The translations under genes and the position numbers were made by a program. A stretch of 36,387 nt of DNA from a virus (Duplodnaviria; Caudoviricetes): positions 1 through 36,387 of IMG/VR virus record IMGVR_UViG_3300011337_000169. One strand, given 5' to 3'. Position 1 is the stretch's first letter, and the number at the start of each line of letters is the position of its first letter. Below are positions 9,194 to 18,419 of this stretch, piece by piece. Under the pieces are notes generated by a model. That model was given only the letters and a program-made list of their open reading frames with translations. It did no database searches and was not told the DNA's origin.

Positions 9194-10405
9194 ATGGCTA
9201 ATAGCCTACTGACCATTGATATGATAACGAGGAAGTGTCTCGAAATACTTGAGAACAACCTTGTCCTTTCACGTAACGTGAACAAAGAATACGACGACAG
9301 CTTTGCCGTCGAAGGTGCCAAGATTGGCTCGACCCTGCGGATTCGTCTGCCGGATCGCGCGCTGGTGACCGACGGTGCCGCCCTGCAAGTTCAGGACGAC
9401 AACGAGCAATACACCACGCTGACCGTTTCCAGCCAAAAGCACATCGGCATTAACTTTACCTCTGCCGAGCTGACCATGCAGTTGGACGATTTTGCGGAAC
9501 GTGTTTTGAAGCCGCGTATCAGCCAATTGGCGTCGAGTGTTGATGCTGACGTTGCCAACGCTTACAAATCTATTTTCAACACCGTTGGCACTCCGGGCAC
9601 CACGCCCGCCACCGCGCTGGTTCTGTTGCAAGCGCAGCAGAAGCTGAACGAATCGGCGGCTCCTATGTCGCCGCGATACGCGACCGTCAACCCTGCCGCT
9701 AACGCTGGCCTGGTCAACGGCATGACCGGTTTCTTTAACCCGACGGGCACGATCTCCCGCCAGTTTAAGACCGGCATGATGGGTGAGGGTGTTCTTGGCT
9801 TTGACGAGATGAATATGTCTCAGTCAATTGTCAACCACACCACAGGCAGTCGTGCGGGCACCATTCTGGTAAACGGTGCGGTTAGCACGCAAGGGCAAGC
9901 CACCATTAGCATTGACGGACTTACCGGTGCAACTGACACGGTAACTGCGGGTGATGTGTTTACCATTGCTGGCGTCTATGCGGTCAACCCGCAGACCCGT
10001 CTTAGCACTGGTAGCCTGCAACAGTTTGTCGTGACTGCGGCACAAACGGGTGCTAGTAATGCTTTGGCAAACATGGCTATCTCGCCGCCCATGTACACGT
10101 CCAGCAACGCGCTGGCAACCATTGATGCGTTCCCCGCTGACAACGCTGCGGTGACGTTCGTGGGAACCGCGTCAACCGTGTATCCGCAAAACTTGGTCTA
10201 TCACAAAAATGCGATTACGCTGGCTACGGCTGATCTCTTGCTCCCGCAAGGTGTCGATATGGCTTCGCGTCAAGTGCATAACGGGATCTCGATGCGTATC
10301 GTGCGTCAGTACGATATTAACAACGACCGTATGCCTTGCCGTGTCGATGTGCTGTATGGTTTCAACACCATTCGCCCACCGATGGCTTGCCGTATTTTTG
10401 GGTAA
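9194..10405 (+). CDS. Major capsid protein (P22 gp5-like)
   Basis: MANSLLT...KIGSTLRIRLP, C-terminal RVDVLYGF...P; strong AGGAG RBS. Confidence 0.93.
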   Translation: MANSLLTIDMITRKCLEILENNLVLSRNVNKEYDDSFAVEGAKIGSTLRIRLPDRALVTDGAALQVQDDNEQYTTLTVSSQKHIGINFTSAELTMQLDDFAERVLKPRISQLASSVDADVANAYKSIFNTVGTPGTTPATALVLLQAQQKLNESAAPMSPRYATVNPAANAGLVNGMTGFFNPTGTISRQFKTGMMGEGVLGFDEMNMSQSIVNHTTGSRAGTILVNGAVSTQGQATISIDGLTGATDTVTAGDVFTIAGVYAVNPQTRLSTGSLQQFVVTAAQTGASNALANMAISPPMYTSSNALATIDAFPADNAAVTFVGTASTVYPQNLVYHKNAITLATADLLLPQGVDMASRQVHNGISMRIVRQYDINNDRMPCRVDVLYGFNTIRPPMACRIFG

Positions 10406-10458
10406 TAGCATTGCTCCCGCCTAGCGCGGGGGCGTCTTAATTTTTAGGAGAAACAATC

Positions 10459-10881
10459 ATGGCACTTCCTTCAGTTGGTGGCGGCTATCAGTTTACTGAT
10501 GGCAATACGAATGAACTGGAAATCGATACCCAAGCAGCGCCGCAAACGGCAACTGCAACCGCAACTTTGACTGTTGCTCAAGTCACTGGTGGGATTTTGG
10601 TGGGCAACCCGTCTACAACGGCGGCGTCCTACACTCTGCCGACGGCGGCGTTGATTGACGCAACGATGACCAACATGAAAACCAACAGCACGTTTAAGCT
10701 GACGGTAATCAATCTTGGCACCAGTACTGGCCTTATCACGGTGGTTGTTGGCACCGGCATTACTGCGGTAGGCAACTTGGTTGTTGCTATTACTGGCAGT
10801 GCGGCGGGTGTTAGCGGCGCGGCTGAGTTTCTGTTCCGCAAAACCGGCGACGCAGCGTACACCGTTTATCGCGTAGCTTAG
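10459..10881 (+). CDS. Putative capsid decoration or minor structural protein
   Basis: Thr/Ala/Gly-rich 140 aa directly after the coat gene; TTTTTAGGAG RBS like the coat gene's. Confidence 0.6.
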   Translation: MALPSVGGGYQFTDGNTNELEIDTQAAPQTATATATLTVAQVTGGILVGNPSTTAASYTLPTAALIDATMTNMKTNSTFKLTVINLGTSTGLITVVVGTGITAVGNLVVAITGSAAGVSGAAEFLFRKTGDAAYTVYRVA

Positions 10882-10887
10882 TAACAA

Positions 10888-10921
10888 CACCTCGCGGCGT
10901 AACAACCGCGAGGTGGTTTTT
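10888..10921 (+). terminator. Intrinsic terminator
   Basis: CACCTCGCGG / CCGCGAGGTG 10-bp stem followed by GTTTTT. Confidence 0.75.
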
Positions 10922-10932
10922 AAGGATTTGAT

Positions 10933-11106
10933 ATGGTCATCTACTTGCGGCATCCCGTTCACGGTAACAAGGTCGCTATTGCAGAGGCCGAAGCTGAAGC
11001 GGATGAAAAGAACGGTTGGGAACGCTTTGAACTGGGCGACCCCGAAAATGAAGTCAACGAATTAGCTAAACCTCGCGGCAGACCACGTAAGGAGTTTGCG
11101 GAATGA
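10933..11106 (+). CDS. Small protein with AT-hook-like motif (57 aa; not in the ORF track)
   Basis: MVIYLRHPVHGNKVA...AKPRGRPRKEFAE; AAGGA RBS; ATGA overlap with the next gene. Confidence 0.75.
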   Translation: MVIYLRHPVHGNKVAIAEAEAEADEKNGWERFELGDPENEVNELAKPRGRPRKEFAE

Positions 11107-11816
11107 CCACTACGGTTGGCGATCAGATCAATGGGGCGCTACGGCTAATTGGTCAATTAGCCGAAGGTGAAACGCCATCGGCATCGACTTCGCAAGATTC
11201 TTTGACCGCGATGAACCAGATGCTGGATAGCTGGTCGTCTGAACGTCTGTCCGTGTTCTCAACGCAAGATCAAATATTTACTTGGCCTGCTTCTACCGCA
11301 ACACGCACTCTGGGGCCAACGGGTGATTTTGTCGGCAACCGTCCGGTATTGGTGGATGATTCAACTTATTTCCGCGACCCGTCAAACAACATCAGTTTTG
11401 GCATCAAGCTAATAAACCAAGCGCAATACAACGGCATTGCGGTAAAGACCGTCACCAGCACATACCCGCAGGTCTTGTTTGTAAACATGACCATGCCGAA
11501 CATAGAAATGACGATCTATCCGGTGCCGACTAAAGCGTTGGATTGGCATATTGTCAGCGTCAACGAGCTAGTTGAACCGGCTACGCTGGCAACGGTGTTG
11601 GTAATTCCGCCAGGATATTTGCGCTGTTTCCGATTCAATCTGGCCTGCGAGATTGCCGCCGAGTTTGGCGTTGAGCCACCGCCTTCAGTGCAACGCATTG
11701 CCATGTCAAGCAAGCGCGACATCAAACGCATCAATAATCCTGACGACGTGATGAGCCTGCCGTATTCCATTGTGGCAACGCGCCAACGGTTCAATATTTA
11801 CAGCGGCAATTATTAA
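11103..11816 (+). CDS. Head-tail adaptor (P22 gp4-like position)
   Basis: DQINGALRLIG...LTAMNQMLDSW and NLACEIAAEFG motifs; synteny. Confidence 0.75.
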   Translation: MTTTVGDQINGALRLIGQLAEGETPSASTSQDSLTAMNQMLDSWSSERLSVFSTQDQIFTWPASTATRTLGPTGDFVGNRPVLVDDSTYFRDPSNNISFGIKLINQAQYNGIAVKTVTSTYPQVLFVNMTMPNIEMTIYPVPTKALDWHIVSVNELVEPATLATVLVIPPGYLRCFRFNLACEIAAEFGVEPPPSVQRIAMSSKRDIKRINNPDDVMSLPYSIVATRQRFNIYSGNY

Positions 11817-13349
11817 GTGAAAACGCCCATCCTTGGCGGCAGCTATGTCGCTCGGTCAATCAATGCCGCCGACAACCGCATGGTTAACCTGTTTCCCGAA
11901 GCGGTGCCGGAAGGCAGCGGCGGGAAAGAGGCGGGCTTTCTGCTACGGTGTCCTGGCTTGCGTCTACTTGCAACCGTTGGCACCGGCCCTATTCGTGGGC
12001 TATGGGTTACCAACGGCATAGCCTATATAGTGTCCGGTAGTCAGTTTTATAGTATGACCACAAGTTACGTTGCTACTCTGCGAGGCACCGTGTCCGGCAC
12101 CGGCCCCGTCAGCATGGCCGACAATGGCACGCAGATATTCATTGCGTGTAACCCGTTAAGTTACATCTACAACACCTCCACGCTAGTGTTCGCGCAAATT
12201 ACGGACGTTGACTTTCCGGGTGCTGGCTCGGTTGGCTACCTTGACGGTTACTTTGTATTCAACGAACCAAACACGCAAAAGTTTTGGGTAACAGCTTTGC
12301 TAGACGGTACTTCAGTTGACCCGTTAGATTTTGCTAGCGCAGAAGGTTACCCCGACGACGTAGTAGCGTTAATCGTAGACCACCGCGAAATATTCCTGTT
12401 TGGGAATACCAGCGTGGAGGTCTGGTATGACGCCGGCACGCCCGATTTCCCCCTAGCGCGGATTCAAGGCGCGTTTATGGAAGTCGGTTGCGAGGCGGCG
12501 TATTCTGTTGCCAAACTCGACAATAGCGTGTTTTGGCTAGGTTCGGATGCCAGAGGGCGTGGGATCGTCTACCGGGCCAACGGCTACACGCCAGCGCGAC
12601 TTTCAACCAATGCCGTTGAATACGCCATCCAAAGCTATGGCAACATTACCGATGCCATCGGCTACACCTACCAGCAGGACGGGCATCCGTTCTATGTGCT
12701 GATATTCCCGTCTGCCGAAGCAACATGGGTTTACGATGTATCCACCCAATTGTGGCACGAACGCGCGGGGTTTGAAAACGGGCTGTTTGTTCGGCACCGT
12801 AGCAATTGCCAAATGTCGTTCAATGATGAAGTCGTGGTGGGCGACTACGAGGACGGGCGTATCTACGCTTTTGATCTTGATGTTTACGTTGACGATACCC
12901 AAACGCAAAAGTGGTTGCGGTCGTGGCGGGCATTGCCGACCGGCCAGAACAACCTCAAACGCACCGCGCACCACAGCTTACAGCTCGACGCTGAAACGGG
13001 TGTCGGGCTTAGTGTCACGCCTGACTATGACGCTGAAAATTTAATCACCGAATCGGGCGATTATTTAATGACCGAATCGGGCGATTATTTAACGACAACT
13101 TCGTATTTTGGCGCGCCAGGCTACAACCCGCAGGTCATGCTGCGCTGGTCAGACGATGCGGGGCATACTTGGTCAAACGAACACTGGAACTCGATGGGGA
13201 AGATCGGTTCTTACGGCACACGCACCATCTGGCGCCGGCTCGGTATGACCGAGAAGATTCGGGATCGGGTCTATGAAGTGTCAGGCACCGACCCCGTAAA
13301 GATCGCCATTATGGGCGCTGAACTGTTCGTTACCCCAACGAGTAGCTAA
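11817..13349 (+). CDS. Tail hub / packaged DNA stabilization protein (P22 gp10-like)
   Basis: Beta-propeller-like composition; LRWSDDAGHTW and IWRRLG motifs. Confidence 0.85.
   Translation: MKTPILGGSYVARSINAADNRMVNLFPEAVPEGSGGKEAGFLLRCPGLRLLATVGTGPIRGLWVTNGIAYIVSGSQFYSMTTSYVATLRGTVSGTGPVSMADNGTQIFIACNPLSYIYNTSTLVFAQITDVDFPGAGSVGYLDGYFVFNEPNTQKFWVTALLDGTSVDPLDFASAEGYPDDVVALIVDHREIFLFGNTSVEVWYDAGTPDFPLARIQGAFMEVGCEAAYSVAKLDNSVFWLGSDARGRGIVYRANGYTPARLSTNAVEYAIQSYGNITDAIGYTYQQDGHPFYVLIFPSAEATWVYDVSTQLWHERAGFENGLFVRHRSNCQMSFNDEVVVGDYEDGRIYAFDLDVYVDDTQTQKWLRSWRALPTGQNNLKRTAHHSLQLDAETGVGLSVTPDYDAENLITESGDYLMTESGDYLTTTSYFGAPGYNPQVMLRWSDDAGHTWSNEHWNSMGKIGSYGTRTIWRRLGMTEKIRDRVYEVSGTDPVKIAIMGAELFVTPTSS
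13041..13094 (+). repeat. In-frame 24-bp tandem duplication (LITESGDY-LMTESGDY-L)
   Basis: ACCGAATCGGGCGATTATTTAA at 13047 and 13071. Confidence 0.95.
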
Positions 13350-15124
13350 TGGCTGAACTTAACGTCACCAATATCCCCGCGCCTCGGGTGCCGTTTATTG
13401 ACGAGCGCACCGGACTCATGGCGCGGGAATGGTATCGGTTCTTTCTCAACCTGTTTGTTCTGACCGGCAGCGGCAGCAATCCAACATCGCTAGACGAATT
13501 GCAAATTGGGCCACCAACTGACACTAGTTTGACCGAGCTGCTGATTCAATTTAACAAGGATATTCAAGGCGCGTTTGTTCAGCCGGTTGTGCAGACGGGC
13601 ACCATTGCCAATTACAACCTTGACGGTAGCCCGACCGCAGGTGGTGTGGCGTATGGTACCGGCCCGGCACTTGCGGTCAGCGCGGCAGGAACACTAGGCC
13701 AAGTATTGACCAGTGCAGGTGCGGGGGCGCCGACTTGGTCAGCAGCAGCGGCAGGCACTGTGACTTCGGTGTCTGTGGTGTCAGCCAACGGGCTAAATGG
13801 CACGGTAGCCACTGCGACAACCACACCCGCTATCACGCTCTCTACGACCATTACGGGGGTGCTGAAAGGCAACGGCACCGCGATCAGCGCGGCGACCAGC
13901 GGCACCGACTACGCCCCCGCGACTAGTGGCACGTCGATCGTATATGGCAATGGTTCGGGCGGGTTTAGCAACGTTACGATCGGCACCGGCGTTGCCTTTG
14001 CGGGTGGCACGTTATCCGCGACCGGCTCGGGCGGCACCGTCACCAGCGTTTCTGGAACGGCTCCTGTTGTGTCATCTGGCGGCAATACGCCTGCGATCTC
14101 AATGCCTGCCGCTACGACAAGCGTGAACGGTTACCTGACCAGCACCGATTGGACAACTTTTAACAACAAAGGGTCTGGCACCGTTACCAGCGTTTCTGGA
14201 ACGGCACCCGTTGTCTCATCGGGTGGGGCAACGCCGGCAATCTCAATGGCCGCGGCTACGAGTTCTGTTAACGGTTACCTGACTAGCACGGATTGGTCAA
14301 CCTTCAATAGCAAGGGTAGCGGCACCGTTACCAGCGTGGCTGCGCTGACGCTCGGCACAACGGGCACTGATCTATCCAGCACGGTTGCGACCGGCACAAC
14401 CACACCGGTCATCACGCTTCAAGTTCCAACCGCTTCGGCATCTAATCGAGGCGCGTTGAGCGCAGCGGATTGGACGACCTTTAACAATAAAGGATCGGGA
14501 ACGGTCACCAGCGTGACCGGCACCGCCCCCGTTGTCAGCTCGGGTGGGGCTACGCCAGCGATCTCGATGGCCGCTGCAACAACGAGCGTTAACGGCTATC
14601 TGACCAGCACCGATTGGAATACGTTTAACGGCAAGGGCAGCGGCACGGTAACGAGCGTTTCGGTAGTGTCGGCCAACGGGTTGGCCGGCACGGTAGCCAC
14701 CGCGACGACAACACCTGCGATTACGCTGACCACCAGCATTACCGGCCTCTTAAAAGGCAACGGCACGGCGATCTCTGCGGCGGTTGCCAATACGGATTAC
14801 GTGCCTTTGGCTACGGTCTTGACCAAGACTGCTGATTACACGATCACAGGCACCGACACTTGGATTATCAACAACAAGACGGGTTCGTCGCTTACGTTGA
14901 CTTTCCCCGCTGCATCCTCTTGGCCGGGGCGGTATATCACGGTTAAAAACTTGCAAACGCAGACGGTTGTGTCTGCGTCCAGCAATATTGTTCCTATTGG
15001 CAGCGCCGTTGCCGGAACAGCCATTCTTTTGGGTGTAGTCGGAAACTGGGCCACAATGGTGTCAGACGGCACTAATTGGGTCATTATGCAAGCCGCGCCT
15101 AACAACATCCTACTTTTGGAGTAG
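13349..15124 (+). CDS. Central tail needle or fibre protein with modular repeats
   Basis: Follows the gp10-like gene; N-terminus IPAPRVPFID..TGLMAREWYRF; six GTVTSV-initiated modules. Confidence 0.75.
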   Translation: MAELNVTNIPAPRVPFIDERTGLMAREWYRFFLNLFVLTGSGSNPTSLDELQIGPPTDTSLTELLIQFNKDIQGAFVQPVVQTGTIANYNLDGSPTAGGVAYGTGPALAVSAAGTLGQVLTSAGAGAPTWSAAAAGTVTSVSVVSANGLNGTVATATTTPAITLSTTITGVLKGNGTAISAATSGTDYAPATSGTSIVYGNGSGGFSNVTIGTGVAFAGGTLSATGSGGTVTSVSGTAPVVSSGGNTPAISMPAATTSVNGYLTSTDWTTFNNKGSGTVTSVSGTAPVVSSGGATPAISMAAATSSVNGYLTSTDWSTFNSKGSGTVTSVAALTLGTTGTDLSSTVATGTTTPVITLQVPTASASNRGALSAADWTTFNNKGSGTVTSVTGTAPVVSSGGATPAISMAAATTSVNGYLTSTDWNTFNGKGSGTVTSVSVVSANGLAGTVATATTTPAITLTTSITGLLKGNGTAISAAVANTDYVPLATVLTKTADYTITGTDTWIINNKTGSSLTLTFPAASSWPGRYITVKNLQTQTVVSASSNIVPIGSAVAGTAILLGVVGNWATMVSDGTNWVIMQAAPNNILLLE

Positions 15125-15128
15125 CCCC

Positions 15129-15464
15129 ATGACCGTTACCGTCAAGGTTTTGATCCCCGCCAAAACCGCCGAATCCAGTCAAACAACGCAATATACGGCG
15201 TCCAACGTCACCACGATTATCGACAAGTTTACGGCGACCAACTACACCGCAACGGCGGCGACCTTGAGCGTCAATTTGGTCACTTTGGGCGACACGGCGG
15301 GCAATCAGAACTTGATTACCAAAGCCAAGACGTTGGCGGCGTCCGAGGTATATACTTTCCCTGAGATTGTCGGCCAGGTGCTGATTGCGGGCGGGTTTAT
15401 TTCAACGATTGCTGGAACGGCTACGGCAATCAACATCCGCGCTTCAGGGCGGGAAGTTAGTTAA
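15129..15464 (+). CDS. Small beta-sandwich virion protein
   Basis: Thr-rich 111 aa ending in SGREVS, in the tail module. Confidence 0.6.
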   Translation: MTVTVKVLIPAKTAESSQTTQYTASNVTTIIDKFTATNYTATAATLSVNLVTLGDTAGNQNLITKAKTLAASEVYTFPEIVGQVLIAGGFISTIAGTATAINIRASGREVS

Positions 15465-15467
15465 TTC

Positions 15468-15884
15468 GTGATACGCAAAGCAACCTTAGATGACGTAGAC
15501 TGGATGTTGTCTATAGCGGCTACGGCGTATCCTAAAGATACGTTTGAAGAAGCAGCGGGGCGTAATTACTTAACGGCTATTGTTAATTCTGATCGGTGTC
15601 TTTTGCTTAGAGGTGAAAAGTCTTTTATGGGCGGCGCGGTGGTATCAATACCTTACGCTCCTAGCGTTAAATACGGAACCACTTTACCAATAGCTTCTTC
15701 TGGAAATGCCGCAAGCGAGATATTAAAAATGACTAAACAAATACTAGAGTGGGCTAAAGACAAAGGTGTCGCTTACTTTAACTTCGATGCGTTGACTGGC
15801 GTTGATTTGGGGCCATTGGCTAAACGATTTAACGGAGTGCCCATCTCCCCTACTTATAGTGTGAGGATTAATCATGTGCGGTAG
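15468..15884 (+). CDS. GNAT-like acetyltransferase-fold protein preceding the ejection proteins
   Basis: MIRKATLDDV start, EWAKDKG motif; same position as P22 gp14 and T7 gp13. Confidence 0.55.
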   Translation: MIRKATLDDVDWMLSIAATAYPKDTFEEAAGRNYLTAIVNSDRCLLLRGEKSFMGGAVVSIPYAPSVKYGTTLPIASSGNAASEILKMTKQILEWAKDKGVAYFNFDALTGVDLGPLAKRFNGVPISPTYSVRINHVR

Positions 15885-17094
15885 CACTTTTAGTTTTATT
15901 ACAGACCCAATTGAAGATCTTTTTAGCGGTGCTAACGATGCCATAGACTCGGCCAGCAGGGGTGTTGGGGATTCATTAGAACAAGCCGCGCCGGTCATTA
16001 TTGCGGCAACTGCGGCGTATTTTGGCATACCGCCTGAACTGGTAACCGCTTCAGAATTAGAAAGCGCATACGCAGCGGGAACCATTACCGCCGAACAATA
16101 TGCAACCGCTAACGCGGCGATAGGCATGGCGGGTGAAACGGCTAGTGGGGTATACGGCACCGCTGGCGCGGCTGGCGCGGGTGGGGCAATTGCTGACCAA
16201 GTACCTTTTAACAGCTTAATTAACTCCGGAACAACATATATTGATTCCGGCGGCGTAGGAGGCGCGATAACAGGTGCTGGCGCAACGGGGGTTGTGCCCG
16301 GTGACGCTTACATGCCCGGATTGTTAGCGGGTAGCGATGCAGCAACAACAGGGCTTATACAACAACTGGCTAATTTTACCGGGCTATCTACCGATGCGGT
16401 TACGCGTTTGGGTGGCGCGGCCATTAGCAGTTTGGCAAGCATGTATGGTGCAGGCAAATTAAGCCAAGCCAGCTTAAGCGCCGCAAATCGGTTGGCTACG
16501 GCTAACCAAGGCGCAACGGCGCTTCAAACAAGGATGTATGAAGATCAAGTTGCGCGGCAACAACCGTTTTATGAAGCGGGGTTAAACGCGTTGCCGGGAT
16601 ACACAAAAGGCGTAATGCCGGGTGGCGATCTGGTTCGCCCGTTTGCGGCAACGGATTTTCAAACTGATCCCGGCTACGGCTTTCGTATGTCCGAAGGCAT
16701 GAAAGCACTTGACCGCACCGCCGCCGCTAGGGGTGGGCTGTTGTCTGGCGCGACGTTAAAAGGCGCGCAACGGTTTAACCAAGATATGGCGTCAAATGAA
16801 TACAACAACGCCTACAACCGCTATGTGGGCAATCAAGCCACGCAGCGCAACGCATTGGCCGGTTTGACGGGCTTTGCGCCGACCGCAGCGCAACAGATAG
16901 GTAACGCCGGAACCAACTACGCAACCAACGTAAACAATCTTTCCACCAACACGGCGACCAACTACGCCAACGCCGATCTGACCGGCGCGGCTGCACGACA
17001 ATCAGCGTATACGGGTGCGGGTGGCGCGTTTGCAAATGCGTTGAGTCCAAACCCGTTGAACGCGTATCTCAATAAACAATTGGGGCTTGCATAA
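15874..17094 (+). CDS. DNA ejection protein 1 (gp7-like)
   Basis: Gly/Ala-rich; DPGYGFR..EG...AAARGGLLSGATLK motif. Confidence 0.75.
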   Translation: MCGSTFSFITDPIEDLFSGANDAIDSASRGVGDSLEQAAPVIIAATAAYFGIPPELVTASELESAYAAGTITAEQYATANAAIGMAGETASGVYGTAGAAGAGGAIADQVPFNSLINSGTTYIDSGGVGGAITGAGATGVVPGDAYMPGLLAGSDAATTGLIQQLANFTGLSTDAVTRLGGAAISSLASMYGAGKLSQASLSAANRLATANQGATALQTRMYEDQVARQQPFYEAGLNALPGYTKGVMPGGDLVRPFAATDFQTDPGYGFRMSEGMKALDRTAAARGGLLSGATLKGAQRFNQDMASNEYNNAYNRYVGNQATQRNALAGLTGFAPTAAQQIGNAGTNYATNVNNLSTNTATNYANADLTGAAARQSAYTGAGGAFANALSPNPLNAYLNKQLGLA

Positions 17095-18419
17095 TGGCTG
17101 ACATCAATTTCGGTATCCTCGACACGCAAATGCCGGGCCGCATCGCGGCGATCCCGCAGCAGCAGCAGGCACAGCAAGCGCAGAACGCCATGCAGCTCAT
17201 GCAGGTTCAACAGACCATGCAGCAGAACGCTTTGGCAAAAGCCAAGATGGAAGAATACACACGCGGCACCGCAGAGAAGAACGCGTTGCGTGGGCGCATG
17301 ACGCAACCTGGGTTTAATATTTACGATCCCGCACACCAAGCGGAAATAATGGGCCTTTCGCCCGACCTTGCGCCGGGGCTTATAAAACACGCGCTGGACG
17401 TAAAAACGGCAGAATCTACAACCGCAAAAAATGTGGCGCAGACTAAAGAAGCCGGCGTTAAAACCGCGAAGGCACAGCAAGAATGGAATAACCAAGCGTT
17501 GCGCGATTTGATTCCCAATCCCTCCGATGACAATCTGCGCGCGTGGGGGCAAGACGCGGTAATTAAAGGCATCTATTCTTTAGACGAATCTAGCCGGTTA
17601 GTAGATAGTTTTTTAAAAATTCCGCTAGAACAACGTGCGGATCGGTTTAAACAATTTGGCGCAGCCGCGCCCACACCGCAACAACCGCGCCAGGCTAATC
17701 TAGCAGCGGATTTGTTGATCCCCGGCCCGAACGGTACGATGGTGCCTAATACCGCGCTTATTGGCGTAAAAACCGGATTGGCAGCGGCAGGGCGTCCAAC
17801 AGGAACTACCGTCGTAATGCCGCCGTTAGAAAAAACAGAACAACAAGAAAAAGGCAAACTTAACGTAAAAGTTTACGGTGATATTGCTGGCACCGCTGAT
17901 CGCGCTCGGAAAATATTGCCGGCGTTAGAAACTTCGGAAACTATCCTTAACAATGGTTTTAAAACCGGTTTTGGCACCGATGTGCAAACACAAGCAGCGC
18001 GGGTTCTCAGCTCACTTGGCGTACCTGAAGCTGATAAATACGCAACAAATTCACAATTGTTTTTGGCGCAAGGTCGTCAAGCATTGCTTCAACGTCAGCT
18101 TGAACAAAAAGGTGCGCAATCTGAAGGCGACGCGCAACGTATCAATCAAACATTTATTCAATTGGGAAATACGCCCGAAGCAAACAAATTTTTGGTGGCT
18201 ACAGCTAAAGCACAAGCTAAACAAGACATTGAAAGGCAAAAGTTTTACGGCGATTGGTGGTCTAAGAGTAAGACATACGAAGGCGCCGAAGAAGCATGGC
18301 TGGCGGGAACTGGTGGTAAATCGTTATTTGACCGTCCAGAAATGAAATCTTTTGCACCAAAAACGTCGCAATCAGATATTCGTAGCCGTGCCGATGCAAT
18401 CCTTAAAGGAACTCCGTAA
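17094..18419 (+). CDS. DNA ejection protein 2 (gp20-like position)
   Basis: Gln/Ala-rich helical protein, TAATG coupling, synteny. Confidence 0.65.
   Translation: MADINFGILDTQMPGRIAAIPQQQQAQQAQNAMQLMQVQQTMQQNALAKAKMEEYTRGTAEKNALRGRMTQPGFNIYDPAHQAEIMGLSPDLAPGLIKHALDVKTAESTTAKNVAQTKEAGVKTAKAQQEWNNQALRDLIPNPSDDNLRAWGQDAVIKGIYSLDESSRLVDSFLKIPLEQRADRFKQFGAAAPTPQQPRQANLAADLLIPGPNGTMVPNTALIGVKTGLAAAGRPTGTTVVMPPLEKTEQQEKGKLNVKVYGDIAGTADRARKILPALETSETILNNGFKTGFGTDVQTQAARVLSSLGVPEADKYATNSQLFLAQGRQALLQRQLEQKGAQSEGDAQRINQTFIQLGNTPEANKFLVATAKAQAKQDIERQKFYGDWWSKSKTYEGAEEAWLAGTGGKSLFDRPEMKSFAPKTSQSDIRSRADAILKGTP

Noticed and set aside
10413-10433. Terminator after the coat gene
   Set aside because: A hairpin is present but the U-tract is displaced and interrupted; at most a weak terminator or stabiliser.
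7110-15124. Diversity-generating retroelement or invertible fibre cassette
   Set aside because: No reverse transcriptase or invertase; repeat differences are synonymous rather than adenine-specific.
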